From a candidate division WOR-3 bacterium (lineage in GTDB: Bacteria > Hydrothermota > Hydrothermia > LBFQ01 > DSFT01), in contig CBFGJN010000024.1 of the NCBI GenBank assembly GCA_965649115.1, positions 1 to 22,312 on the forward strand: a stretch of 22,312 nt of DNA, read 5' to 3'. Shown here piece by piece: positions 8,841 to 16,786 of the stretch. Each line of letters starts with the position of its first letter. The stretch's first letter is position 1. The notes beneath the pieces are model-generated. The model saw only the letters and a list, made by a program, of their open reading frames with translations. It had not been told where the DNA came from and did not search any database. The position numbers and the translations under genes were made by a program.

Positions 8841-8898
8841 AAGCAAAGCCTTTATTTTAGGTTGGGTGGGGAAAATAAGAAAATTATTGGACACAGCA
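8808..8898 (+). mobile_element. MITE copy E (right-end fragment)
   Basis: Decayed internal motifs, GGTTGGGTGGGG and end ATTATTGGACACAGCA. Overlaps the last codons of the upstream CDS. Confidence 0.7.
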
Positions 8899-8907
8899 AT
8901 TTATTTA

Positions 8908-9114
8908 TGCTTTGTCCAATAAATGGTGTTAAGTAATTGATTATCAATAACTTATAAAAAATTTATTGAAATTATTGATTTTATGGAGGATTTTAATGGG
9001 GGGCGTTAGCCCCCCCTACCGAAAGATGGGGATTTTTAAAGCCGAAGGCTCAATTATAGGGCGGGTGGGAAAAATATAGAAAAATAAATGGTTTTAGAAT
9101 TACTAGACACAGCA
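8908..9114 (+). mobile_element. MITE copy F (207 bp, complete)
   Basis: Ends TGCTTTGTCCAATAA / TTACTAGACACAGCA. Exactly 9 bp from copies E and G. Confidence 0.9.
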
Positions 9115-9123
9115 AAAAGCATC

Positions 9124-9327
9124 TGCTTTGTCCAGTAAATCATGTTAAGTCCTTGACTATCAATAATTTATGAAATTTTTTTGAAATTATTGATTTAATT
9201 GGGGGATTAAAGGGGGGCTCCGCCCCCCAAGGCATAAGAATGGGTATTTTTAAGCTGAAAGCTTAATTTCAGGGTGGGTGGGAAAAATATAGTAAAATAT
9301 ATATTTTTGGAATTACTAGACACAGCA
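9124..9327 (+). mobile_element. MITE copy G (204 bp, complete)
   Basis: Ends TGCTTTGTCCAGTAA / TTACTAGACACAGCA and all internal motifs present. Confidence 0.9.
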
Positions 9328-9356
9328 AAAAACTTATGCTTTAAAATTTTAAAACT

Positions 9357-10502
9357 ATGGATTTAGCAAAAACTCTTACCAACCTGATAAAGCAAAATGA
9401 CTTTGATACCTTCAAGAAAATTGTAGAAGAATATGATTTATCAGTTCAAACTTATATTAGGATTCAAAATGATGATGTAGGACACTTTTTAGAGCGCTTT
9501 GGAACATTTCTTATTGAAAATGATGCTCCTTTTGAATTTTACAAATTTGTTTATGATAGAAGTAATAAAAGATATGATAAAAAAGTTACAGAAGATCTTC
9601 TTCCCTCAGCATTAAAAGGTAAATTAGATTATATTAAATTTTTCTATCAGGAAGGTGAAAATCTAAAAGTATATGATAGAAAAGGTAATTCAATCTTACA
9701 CTATTCAGTAATGAGTGGTAATGAAGAACTTGTAAAATTTATATTAGAACTTAAAATCGTTGATGTAAATGAAAAGAGCGATGAAGGTAAAACCCCATTA
9801 GATATAGCAATTGAAAAAGGCTTTGAAAATATTGCTAATTTAATTAAGTCTTATGGTGGAATAAATGGGGTTAAAGAGAATATAATTGGAAAAAGAGCAT
9901 ATGAAGAGGAAGAAGTCATAGATGTTGATTACTATTATTATGATGATAATGAGTATGAAGTTGAAATAACTGGCGAAAAATGTGTAAAAGAGGAAAATGA
10001 AATTTGGAGTACACTATTAGAGCTTGCTGAAAAATCAGAATATGATAGAAAAATGTTAAACGAATTTGAAAGACTATTAAATGAGCATATTGATTATTTA
10101 ATAGAAGAGAATTATTCATTATCACATTTATCATATCCTTGGACAATTGACATTATTTTGAGTTTGTTGAAAGAAAGAAACTACACCGATTTTGCCGAGA
10201 TTTACGAAATTATATACTTTGCAACGAATAAATTAATTGATATGGAAAGAAGCTATAAGGAAATAATTCCAATCCTTAAAATTCATAAAGAATTTTTAAT
10301 TTCATTAAGAAACGAAAAAGGCGAAACATTTTTACATAAAGCAGTTAGGGACTATGATTATCATTTAGTTAAAGTTTTTGTGGATTTGGGATTTGATCTA
10401 AATGAGGAAACCTACGAAGGAGAAACACCACTTGCTATTGCCATTAGAAGAGAAAACCGTTTGATAGAAGAATTTTTAAGAAGTAAAGGTGCTTCCTTAT
10501 AG
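9357..10502 (+). CDS. Ankyrin repeat protein
   Basis: GNSILHYSV, GKTPLDIAI, GETFLHKAV, GETPLAIAI ankyrin motifs in two clusters separated by an acidic linker. Confidence 0.9.
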   Translation: MDLAKTLTNLIKQNDFDTFKKIVEEYDLSVQTYIRIQNDDVGHFLERFGTFLIENDAPFEFYKFVYDRSNKRYDKKVTEDLLPSALKGKLDYIKFFYQEGENLKVYDRKGNSILHYSVMSGNEELVKFILELKIVDVNEKSDEGKTPLDIAIEKGFENIANLIKSYGGINGVKENIIGKRAYEEEEVIDVDYYYYDDNEYEVEITGEKCVKEENEIWSTLLELAEKSEYDRKMLNEFERLLNEHIDYLIEENYSLSHLSYPWTIDIILSLLKERNYTDFAEIYEIIYFATNKLIDMERSYKEIIPILKIHKEFLISLRNEKGETFLHKAVRDYDYHLVKVFVDLGFDLNEETYEGETPLAIAIRRENRLIEEFLRSKGASL

Positions 10503-10556
10503 AAGAACTTTTAAATAAGTAATTCAGGAGAGTTTTAATGGGGGGCTACAAAAACA

Positions 10557-10762
10557 TACTTTGTCCAGTAAATAGTGTTAAGTTATTGATTATCAATAAT
10601 TTATAAAAAATTTATTTGGAATTCTTGATTTAATGGGGGGATTATACGGGGGGCTCCGCCCTCCGAGGCAAAAATTAGGGTATTTATAAGCCGAAGGCTT
10701 ATTTTCGGGTGGGTGGGAAAAATATAGTAAAATATATATTTTTAGAATTACTAGACAAGGCA
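10557..10762 (+). mobile_element. MITE copy H (206 bp, complete)
   Basis: Ends TACTTTGTCCAGTAA / TTACTAGACAAGGCA. 9-bp TSD ACAAAAACA at 10548-10556 and 10763-10771. Preceded by a short older fragment (~10526-10547). Confidence 0.9.
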
Positions 10763-10780
10763 ACAAAAACACTTTTCCAT

Positions 10781-10959
10781 TGCTTTGTCCAGTAAATAGT
10801 GTTAAATGCTTGATTATCAATAACTTATAAAAATTTAAAGGAAATTATTGATTTTTGCCCCCTTGCCGAAATATGGGCATTATAAGCCGAAGGCTTATTT
10901 ATAGGGTGGGTGGGAAAAATATAGAAAAATAAATAGTTTTAGAATTACTAGACAAAACA
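10781..10959 (+). mobile_element. MITE copy I (179 bp, internal deletion)
   Basis: Ends TGCTTTGTCCAGTAA / TTACTAGACAAAACA. 9-bp TSD CTTTTCCAT at 10772-10780 and 10960-10968. Lacks the G-rich arm of hairpin 1. Confidence 0.9.
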
Positions 10960-10972
10960 CTTTTCCATACTT

Positions 10973-10978
10973 TAAAAT
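10973..10978 (+). promoter_or_regulatory. Putative -10 box of the sdhC operon
   Basis: ACTT-TAAAAT-9 nt-ATG. TAGACA in the MITE end lies 18 bp upstream. Confidence 0.6.
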
Positions 10979-10987
10979 TTCAACATA

Positions 10988-11443
10988 ATGAAAAGATACC
11001 AAAATTATCCTGGTATTGTTGGTTGGTTTTATGGTGGAAAATTAAATTTTGAAAGAATTTTGTTCCTATTACATAGAATAACAGGAATTGTGTTAATTTT
11101 TTATTTACTTGTTCATATTATCGTTGTCGGTTTTAGGGCTTATAGCCCTGAAATGTGGGATAAAATTATGAAGTTAATTTCAGGACATTATAATGGTCAT
11201 TACAATCCAATAATATACTTTCTTGAATGGCTATTACTTGTAGCAGTTATCTTTCACATGATGAATGGATTAAGGCTTATATTTTTGGAGCTTGGATTTT
11301 TTATAGGAAAACCTGAAAGACCTATTTATCCATATAAATCATCTATTGATTATCAAAGAGCTTTCTCTTGGATAATTATGATTATTGCAGGAATTTTTAT
11401 CATCTGGACATTATTTGTGTTTTATAACCCCTTAGGGAGGTAA
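10988..11443 (+). CDS. sdhC: Succinate dehydrogenase/fumarate reductase cytochrome b subunit
   Basis: LHRITG, LLVHI, FHMMNGLRLI heme-ligand motifs, 3 TM helices, operon context. Confidence 0.9.
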   Translation: MKRYQNYPGIVGWFYGGKLNFERILFLLHRITGIVLIFYLLVHIIVVGFRAYSPEMWDKIMKLISGHYNGHYNPIIYFLEWLLLVAVIFHMMNGLRLIFLELGFFIGKPERPIYPYKSSIDYQRAFSWIIMIIAGIFIIWTLFVFYNPLGR

Positions 11444-11445
11444 TT

Positions 11446-11787
11446 ATGAAGGAAGGAAAACTTTGGTTTTTTCACATGATAAGTGGAGCGTTTCTTGTAG
11501 TTCTTCTTGGTGGCCATATGTACTACATGCATCTTTCAGGTGGAGAGCCACTTTCCATTGAAAATACTTTTAAGAGGGCAAAAGATTTATTTTTTCCTTT
11601 AAGTTATACAATTTTCGTAGGTTTAGCACTTTTTCATGGTCTATATGGACTTAGAGGTATTTTGTTTGAAAGATTTAACACTACATTCTCCCAAAAAGTT
11701 ATAAATGTTATTTTAATTTTAATAGGAATTTTATTTTTCTTATATGCTCTTTTAACAACATGGATACCTTATTTTAGGAGGTGGTAA
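11446..11787 (+). CDS. sdhD: Succinate dehydrogenase membrane anchor subunit
   Basis: WFFHMISG...GHM...FHGLYGLR motifs, 3 TM helices, SD GGGAGG. Confidence 0.85.
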   Translation: MKEGKLWFFHMISGAFLVVLLGGHMYYMHLSGGEPLSIENTFKRAKDLFFPLSYTIFVGLALFHGLYGLRGILFERFNTTFSQKVINVILILIGILFFLYALLTTWIPYFRRW

Positions 11788-12609
11788 ATGAAAGTTAAAT
11801 TTAAAGTTTTTAGATTTAATCCTGTTAAAGATGAAAAACCATATTATAGTGAATATGAAATTGAAGTTTATAAGGGAATGACTGTTCTTGCTGCTCTTAA
11901 TGAAATAAAAGAAAAAATAGATAGTACTTTATCTTGGAGGCAATCTTGTAGGATGGGTGTTTGTGGAAGTTGTGCTATGGTTATAAATGGGAAGCCTTCT
12001 CTTGCTTGTCAAACACAAGTTTTAGAATTAAAAGCTGATGAAATTACAATAGAACCACTAAAATCATTTCCTGTTATAAAGGACCTTGCTTGTGATTTAA
12101 ATAATTTATTTAAACATCATACATCAATTAAGCCTTATATAATTAGAAAGGATGTTGAAGAAACAGTTAATCCAAAGGAAGAGTACATCCAAAGTCCTGA
12201 TGAACTTGAAAATTATTTACAATTTGCTTATTGTATTAAATGTGGAGCTTGTATATCTGCTTGTCCAATATCTCAAAGTAATGAGGATTTCTTAGGACCA
12301 CAAGCACTAATGTCCGCTTTAAGATATATATATGATAGTAGAGATGATGGCTTTGAGGAAAGATTGGCTATCTTAGATAGTCCAAATGGTTGTTTTAGAT
12401 GTCATTTTGCTCAATCTTGTTCATATGTTTGTCCAAAAGGTGTAGATCCCGCGAAGGCAATTCAATTTCTTAAAAGAGAAATTGTTTTATATTCACTTGG
12501 AATTAAGAAAAAGAAGAAAATTTCACAATTACAAAAACTTGGTGAAAAGCTAAAAGAAACTCCCGAAAAATACAAATATCCTGAATTTACAATTGCTAAA
12601 CCTCAATGA
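11788..12609 (+). CDS. sdhB: Succinate dehydrogenase/fumarate reductase iron-sulfur subunit
   Basis: SCRMGVCGSC (2Fe-2S), CIKCGACISACP and CHFAQSCSYVCP clusters. Confidence 0.95.
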   Translation: MKVKFKVFRFNPVKDEKPYYSEYEIEVYKGMTVLAALNEIKEKIDSTLSWRQSCRMGVCGSCAMVINGKPSLACQTQVLELKADEITIEPLKSFPVIKDLACDLNNLFKHHTSIKPYIIRKDVEETVNPKEEYIQSPDELENYLQFAYCIKCGACISACPISQSNEDFLGPQALMSALRYIYDSRDDGFEERLAILDSPNGCFRCHFAQSCSYVCPKGVDPAKAIQFLKREIVLYSLGIKKKKKISQLQKLGEKLKETPEKYKYPEFTIAKPQ

Positions 12610-13544
12610 AAGAAAGCTCGCTTGAAATTATATTAAAAGTTTTAGAAATTTTAAACAATTCAAGAAATCTATCACAAATGTTAAATATGATATGTGTTTC
12701 CGCTTGCCAACTAACAAATGCTGATAATTGTTTCATATACCTTTATGATAAGGAAAATGATGAGCTTGTTTTAATGGGTTCTTCATCGTTTCCTCATGAT
12801 GCTGTTGGAAGAATAAAATTACAAATGGGGGAAGGTCTTGCAGGTCTTGTAGGAAAAAAAAGGAAAATTATTTCAATTAGCAAAAAGGCTTATAAAGACA
12901 AAAGATTTAAAGTATTTAAAAATCTTAAAGAAGATACATATGAAGCTATTATTTCGGTTCCTATTATATTCAAAGATAATCTTGTGGGTGTTATGAATGT
13001 TCAGCATAAAAACGAGCATAGATATACCAAAACTGAAAAAATGATTTTAAAGATGCTTTCAGAGCTTGTAAGTGGAGCATTAGAAAGAGATTGGTTATAT
13101 GAACAATATAAGAAAAAAGCGGAAATTTTAGAAAACATTTTAGATAGCATATTAGATGAAAATGGGGATATTTGCCAAAAAATTGAGATGATGATATTTA
13201 AAATTATTAAAAAGCCCGTTAAGGTTTTTCAAGATAATAAAATTCAATCAGATATTAAGTCAAGTTATTTTTCGGTGATTTTAAGTGATAAAAATTTAAA
13301 TGATGAGCAAAAAAAGGCGATTCTTTTAATTTTAAATCAAGCTGATCTAATAGTGAAAAACAAGAAACTAAAAGATGAAATTGAAGAAAGGAAATTGGTT
13401 GAAAGGGCAAAGGGAATTTTAATGAAATATGGAATGAGTGAAGAAGAAGCTTATAATTACATAAGAAAGAAAGCTATGGATAACAGAAAAACAATCAAAG
13501 AAATAGCAGAGTCAATAGTTATATTAAAGGAGGTTAAACCATGA
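12606..13544 (+). CDS. GAF and ANTAR domain RNA-binding antiterminator
   Basis: N-terminal GAF (GEGLAGLV...SVPIIFKDNLVGVMNV) and C-terminal ANTAR (ERKLVERAKGILM...SEEEAYNYIRKKAMD). Confidence 0.9.
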   Translation: MKESSLEIILKVLEILNNSRNLSQMLNMICVSACQLTNADNCFIYLYDKENDELVLMGSSSFPHDAVGRIKLQMGEGLAGLVGKKRKIISISKKAYKDKRFKVFKNLKEDTYEAIISVPIIFKDNLVGVMNVQHKNEHRYTKTEKMILKMLSELVSGALERDWLYEQYKKKAEILENILDSILDENGDICQKIEMMIFKIIKKPVKVFQDNKIQSDIKSSYFSVILSDKNLNDEQKKAILLILNQADLIVKNKKLKDEIEERKLVERAKGILMKYGMSEEEAYNYIRKKAMDNRKTIKEIAESIVILKEVKP

Positions 13545-14443
13545 GAAAGCTGATATATGTATTGTCAGTTTGGAGCATAGTGGCACTTGGCTGTAAGAGA
13601 GGTGAAAAGGTAGCAGAAGTAGCTCAGGAAGATATAGACTTCACAACTCAAAGTATTGAAGAGATAACCCAAACATCTTCAAATACTCTTCAAGATCCAG
13701 GAGCACCTACAATAAAGAGATATGTCTATAATGGATATTTCCTATATTCTTTTGATACAAATGGCATAAACCTAAAAAATAAATGTGTTTCATATAATCC
13801 ATCAGATACAACCGATACTGATAAAGACAAAGTTTATAGAAATGCTACAATTAATTTCAATTGCAATAATAGAACTGACACAGTTATCAAGAATAACCAA
13901 ATTTATGTTGTGAATTATACACTAATTGGAAGTTTAGTTCATTCTGATACAGGTTCAAGTGATTACAATCCTTTTATATTTTCTGTAAGCTGGGGTAATC
14001 CATTTAAAGTAATTTTAAAAGCATATAGAAATGACACACTTATTGAAGATAAGAATTATTCTCAAACGGGAAGTATAAAAATGGAATATGTTAGTGATTT
14101 TGTTTATAGATTAATTCGCTCAATAAATCACACAAGAAATGACTTAACATGTAGAAACGTTTCTATTAATGAAACAACATATGTTTTTATTGACCAAGCA
14201 ATTGATTGGAAACCCGGTGATACACTTGGAAACAAAACGCTAAAAACTTGGCCAATTGGTAAAGGAACATTAAAGACATGTTCAGATATAAATGTTAATT
14301 TATCATTTTCACCTATTGATACATTAAGAATAGCAAAATGTCCAAGTGGAAAAGTTGGCATAACATCAGGTTCTTTAAGAATTGTTTTAGATCTTCCAAC
14401 AGGCTCAAAAGAAATAATAAGACAATTTAGCTGTACTCAATAA
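13541..14443 (+). CDS. Hypothetical lipoprotein
   Basis: Lipobox VALGC after a hydrophobic signal, SD AGGAGG, several further Cys. Confidence 0.8.
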   Translation: MRKLIYVLSVWSIVALGCKRGEKVAEVAQEDIDFTTQSIEEITQTSSNTLQDPGAPTIKRYVYNGYFLYSFDTNGINLKNKCVSYNPSDTTDTDKDKVYRNATINFNCNNRTDTVIKNNQIYVVNYTLIGSLVHSDTGSSDYNPFIFSVSWGNPFKVILKAYRNDTLIEDKNYSQTGSIKMEYVSDFVYRLIRSINHTRNDLTCRNVSINETTYVFIDQAIDWKPGDTLGNKTLKTWPIGKGTLKTCSDINVNLSFSPIDTLRIAKCPSGKVGITSGSLRIVLDLPTGSKEIIRQFSCTQ

Positions 14444-14450
14444 TAATTTT

Positions 14451-14475
14451 GGGAGGGTTTTTGCCCTCCTTATTC
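14451..14475 (+). terminator. Probable intrinsic terminator
   Basis: GGAGGG-TTTTTG-CCCTCC stem just after the lipoprotein stop, followed by TTATT. Confidence 0.6.
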
Positions 14476-14480
14476 TCCTT

Positions 14481-14486
14481 TAAAAT
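14481..14486 (+). promoter_or_regulatory. Putative -10 box of the rpmH operon
   Basis: CCTT-TAAAAT-9 nt-ATG, no SD. Confidence 0.6.
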
Positions 14487-14495
14487 TTCAAACTT

Positions 14496-14630
14496 ATGAA
14501 AAGAACTTATCAACCATCAAGAATTAAAAGAAAAAGAACACACGGATTTAGAGCAAGAATGAAAACAAAGGCGGGAAGAAGAGTTTTAAAAAGAAGAAGA
14601 AGAAAAGGTAGAAAAAAATTAACTGTTTAG
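14496..14630 (+). CDS. rpmH: 50S ribosomal protein L34
   Basis: Translated by hand: [44 protein letters not shown]. Below the ORF-track cutoff. Confidence 0.98.
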   Translation: MKRTYQPSRIKRKRTHGFRARMKTKAGRRVLKRRRRKGRKKLTV

Positions 14631-14635
14631 TTTTA

Positions 14636-14842
14636 ATGAAGAATATAATTATAGGTTTTATTAAGTTTTATAAGTTATTTTTATCCCCGATTTTACCAAA
14701 TAGTTGTAGATTTTATCCAACATGTTCAGATTATATGATATTATCAATTGAAAAGCATGGAATTTTAATAGGTTTATTAAAGGGCATTTGGAGAATTATA
14801 AGATGTAATCCAATATCAAAAGGAGGTATTGATTATCCATGA
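14636..14842 (+). CDS. yidD: Membrane protein insertion efficiency factor
   Basis: CRFYPTCSDY...RIIRCNP...GGIDYP. Confidence 0.97.
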   Translation: MKNIIIGFIKFYKLFLSPILPNSCRFYPTCSDYMILSIEKHGILIGLLKGIWRIIRCNPISKGGIDYP

Positions 14843-16185
14843 ATAGATTTATTCTTTACTTTTTAATAGCTTTTACAATTTTTTTTCTTTGGACAATTTT
14901 ATTTCCACCAAAACCAGCAAATATAAAAAGTCAATCAAGTTTAAAAATTGATGTCCCCTTATCAGATAGTTTAATATCTTATGAAAATGAATTTTATGAG
15001 GTTAAAATATCAAAGAAAGGAGGATTTATAAAAAGTTTTTATGTAAAAAGATATAAAAGTGAGCTTCTTGGAAATTATCCGATTTTTATATTTAAAAACT
15101 TAAAAGACAAAGATTTCAATTATGAAATTTCAGGAAATAAAGTTATTCTTAAAAGCGGAAATGATAGTATTATATATGAATTTAAAAACAATTATATTGT
15201 AAATGTTATATCAAGTGATAGTGAGATTATTTCATATGGAATAAATCCAAATCTTGAAGATAGCTATGAGAAAAGATATTCAAACTTTATTTATTACTAT
15301 CAGAAATGGCATAAAATTACAGAAGATAAACTATTAAGTCCGTTTAGTGTTGATTATGCTAATTTTATTGGATCAAAAACTCACTACTTCTCATTTATTA
15401 TTCTAAATGAAATGAGAAACAATAAGGCATTCTTATATGATAATAGAATTATATTTGAAGGGAAATTAAATCCCAATTTTAAATTTTATTTAGGACCAAT
15501 TGATCCGCAAATTTTTAAACTAATAGATAAAAGGCTTGAACCCATTTACGATTGGGGATTTTTCTTATTCGCACCATTTAGCCAAATTATTTTTTATTCT
15601 TTTAGAGGACTTTATTCTATCGTTCATAATTATGGATTTGTAATTATTTTATTTTCTTTAATGATAAAAATTATATTCTCGCCATTAACTTATCAATCGT
15701 ATATTGCCATGAGGAAATTGGCAAAAATTCAACCAAAAATTCAAAAATTACAAGTAATATATAAAGATGACCCTGAAAAATTACAAAAAGAAATTTTAAG
15801 GATTTATCAAGAAGAAAACGTTAATCCATTCAGTGGATGCTTGCCTTTAATAATTCAACTTCCTATATTTTTCGCTCTCTATCAAGTTCTTATAACTTCA
15901 ATTGATTTTAAAAATGCTCCATTTATTCTATGGATTAAAGATTTATCATCAAAAGACCCTTATTTTATTCTTCCTATTTTAATGACATTAATTAGCTTAC
16001 TAAATTCAATTATTCAACCGTCCGTTGATAAAAATTCAAAAATGATAGGAATAATAATGTCATTAGTTTTCCTATTGATATTTTTAACATTTCCCGCAGG
16101 GCTTGTCCTTTATTGGTTAAGCTATAGCCTTTTTAGTATCTTAGAGCAGTTCATATTTAAAAAGTTTTTATTAAAAGGAGGTTAA
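14839..16185 (+). CDS. yidC: Membrane protein insertase
   Basis: NYGFVII, NPFSGCLPLIIQLPIFFALY, WIKDLSSKDPY, PAGLVLYW motifs and a periplasmic domain. Confidence 0.96.
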   Translation: MNRFILYFLIAFTIFFLWTILFPPKPANIKSQSSLKIDVPLSDSLISYENEFYEVKISKKGGFIKSFYVKRYKSELLGNYPIFIFKNLKDKDFNYEISGNKVILKSGNDSIIYEFKNNYIVNVISSDSEIISYGINPNLEDSYEKRYSNFIYYYQKWHKITEDKLLSPFSVDYANFIGSKTHYFSFIILNEMRNNKAFLYDNRIIFEGKLNPNFKFYLGPIDPQIFKLIDKRLEPIYDWGFFLFAPFSQIIFYSFRGLYSIVHNYGFVIILFSLMIKIIFSPLTYQSYIAMRKLAKIQPKIQKLQVIYKDDPEKLQKEILRIYQEENVNPFSGCLPLIIQLPIFFALYQVLITSIDFKNAPFILWIKDLSSKDPYFILPILMTLISLLNSIIQPSVDKNSKMIGIIMSLVFLLIFLTFPAGLVLYWLSYSLFSILEQFIFKKFLLKGG

Positions 16186-16189
16186 AATT

Positions 16190-16786
16190 ATGGAGTTTGT
16201 AGATGAAAGTGATATAACGATTGAAAAAGCTATAAAAAAGGCTCTAAACAAGCTCCAAATAGATATAAATTCTGCTAAGTACGTAATTATAAAAAAAGAG
16301 CCAATCGTAGTTAGGGTTTATAAAAGAACAGAAGATATTGAAAAAATTGAAAATTTCATAAAGGAGTTGTTTCAAAAACTTGGAACAAAAGGCAAATTTC
16401 AAATTATACCCCAAGATAAAAACACAATTTATATAAATATAAAAACTTCAAATTTGGATAGTGTTTTAATAGGAAAAGATGGAAAAGTTCTTGAAGAATT
16501 AAACTATTTACTTAATTTAATGCTTAAAAGATTATTTCCTAAAAATTTTAAATTCATTTTTGATGTAAATGGTTATAGAAAGAAAAGAGAAGAATATATT
16601 GTAAATAAAGCAATTGCAACAGCAAAGTTAGCAATTGAAAATAAACTTGAATACCCATTAGACCCACTTAGGGGTTATGAAAGAAAATTAGTTATAGAAG
16701 CACTCAAAAACATAAAAGGAATAAGAGTTGAAAAAGTGGGAAAAGGTAAAAGAGCAAAATTAGTCATTGTTCCAGATGTTAAATGA
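16190..16786 (+). CDS. jag: Jag/KhpB (EloR) RNA-binding protein
   Basis: Jag_N-like start, KH motif LIGKDGKVL, DVNGYR, R3H-like C-terminus, position between yidC and mnmE. Confidence 0.88.
   Translation: MEFVDESDITIEKAIKKALNKLQIDINSAKYVIIKKEPIVVRVYKRTEDIEKIENFIKELFQKLGTKGKFQIIPQDKNTIYINIKTSNLDSVLIGKDGKVLEELNYLLNLMLKRLFPKNFKFIFDVNGYRKKREEYIVNKAIATAKLAIENKLEYPLDPLRGYERKLVIEALKNIKGIRVEKVGKGKRAKLVIVPDVK

Noticed and set aside
8683..8922. 79-aa ORF
   Set aside because: Alternate frame over a real CDS end and MITE E/F.
8938..8948. FNR/CRP-type box in TTGATTATCAA
   Set aside because: Half-site spacing is 1 bp, not the 4 bp of TTGAT-N4-ATCAA; the IHF consensus fits better.
8808..9327. CRISPR array or integron attC interpretation of the tandem repeats
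   Set aside because: Units are ~205 bp with TIRs and 9-bp gaps, dispersed with TSDs; no cas or integrase genes and no repeat-spacer periodicity.
9916..10146. 76-aa minus ORF
   Set aside because: Antisense to the ankyrin gene.
10593..10820. 75-aa ORF starting MIIKHL, similar to the start of ORF 18566..19036
   Set aside because: The similarity comes from shared MITE DNA; the frame is not conserved between copies.
14128..14361. 77-aa minus ORF (also 17188..17391 and 20145..20342)
   Set aside because: Antisense shadows inside longer well-supported genes.
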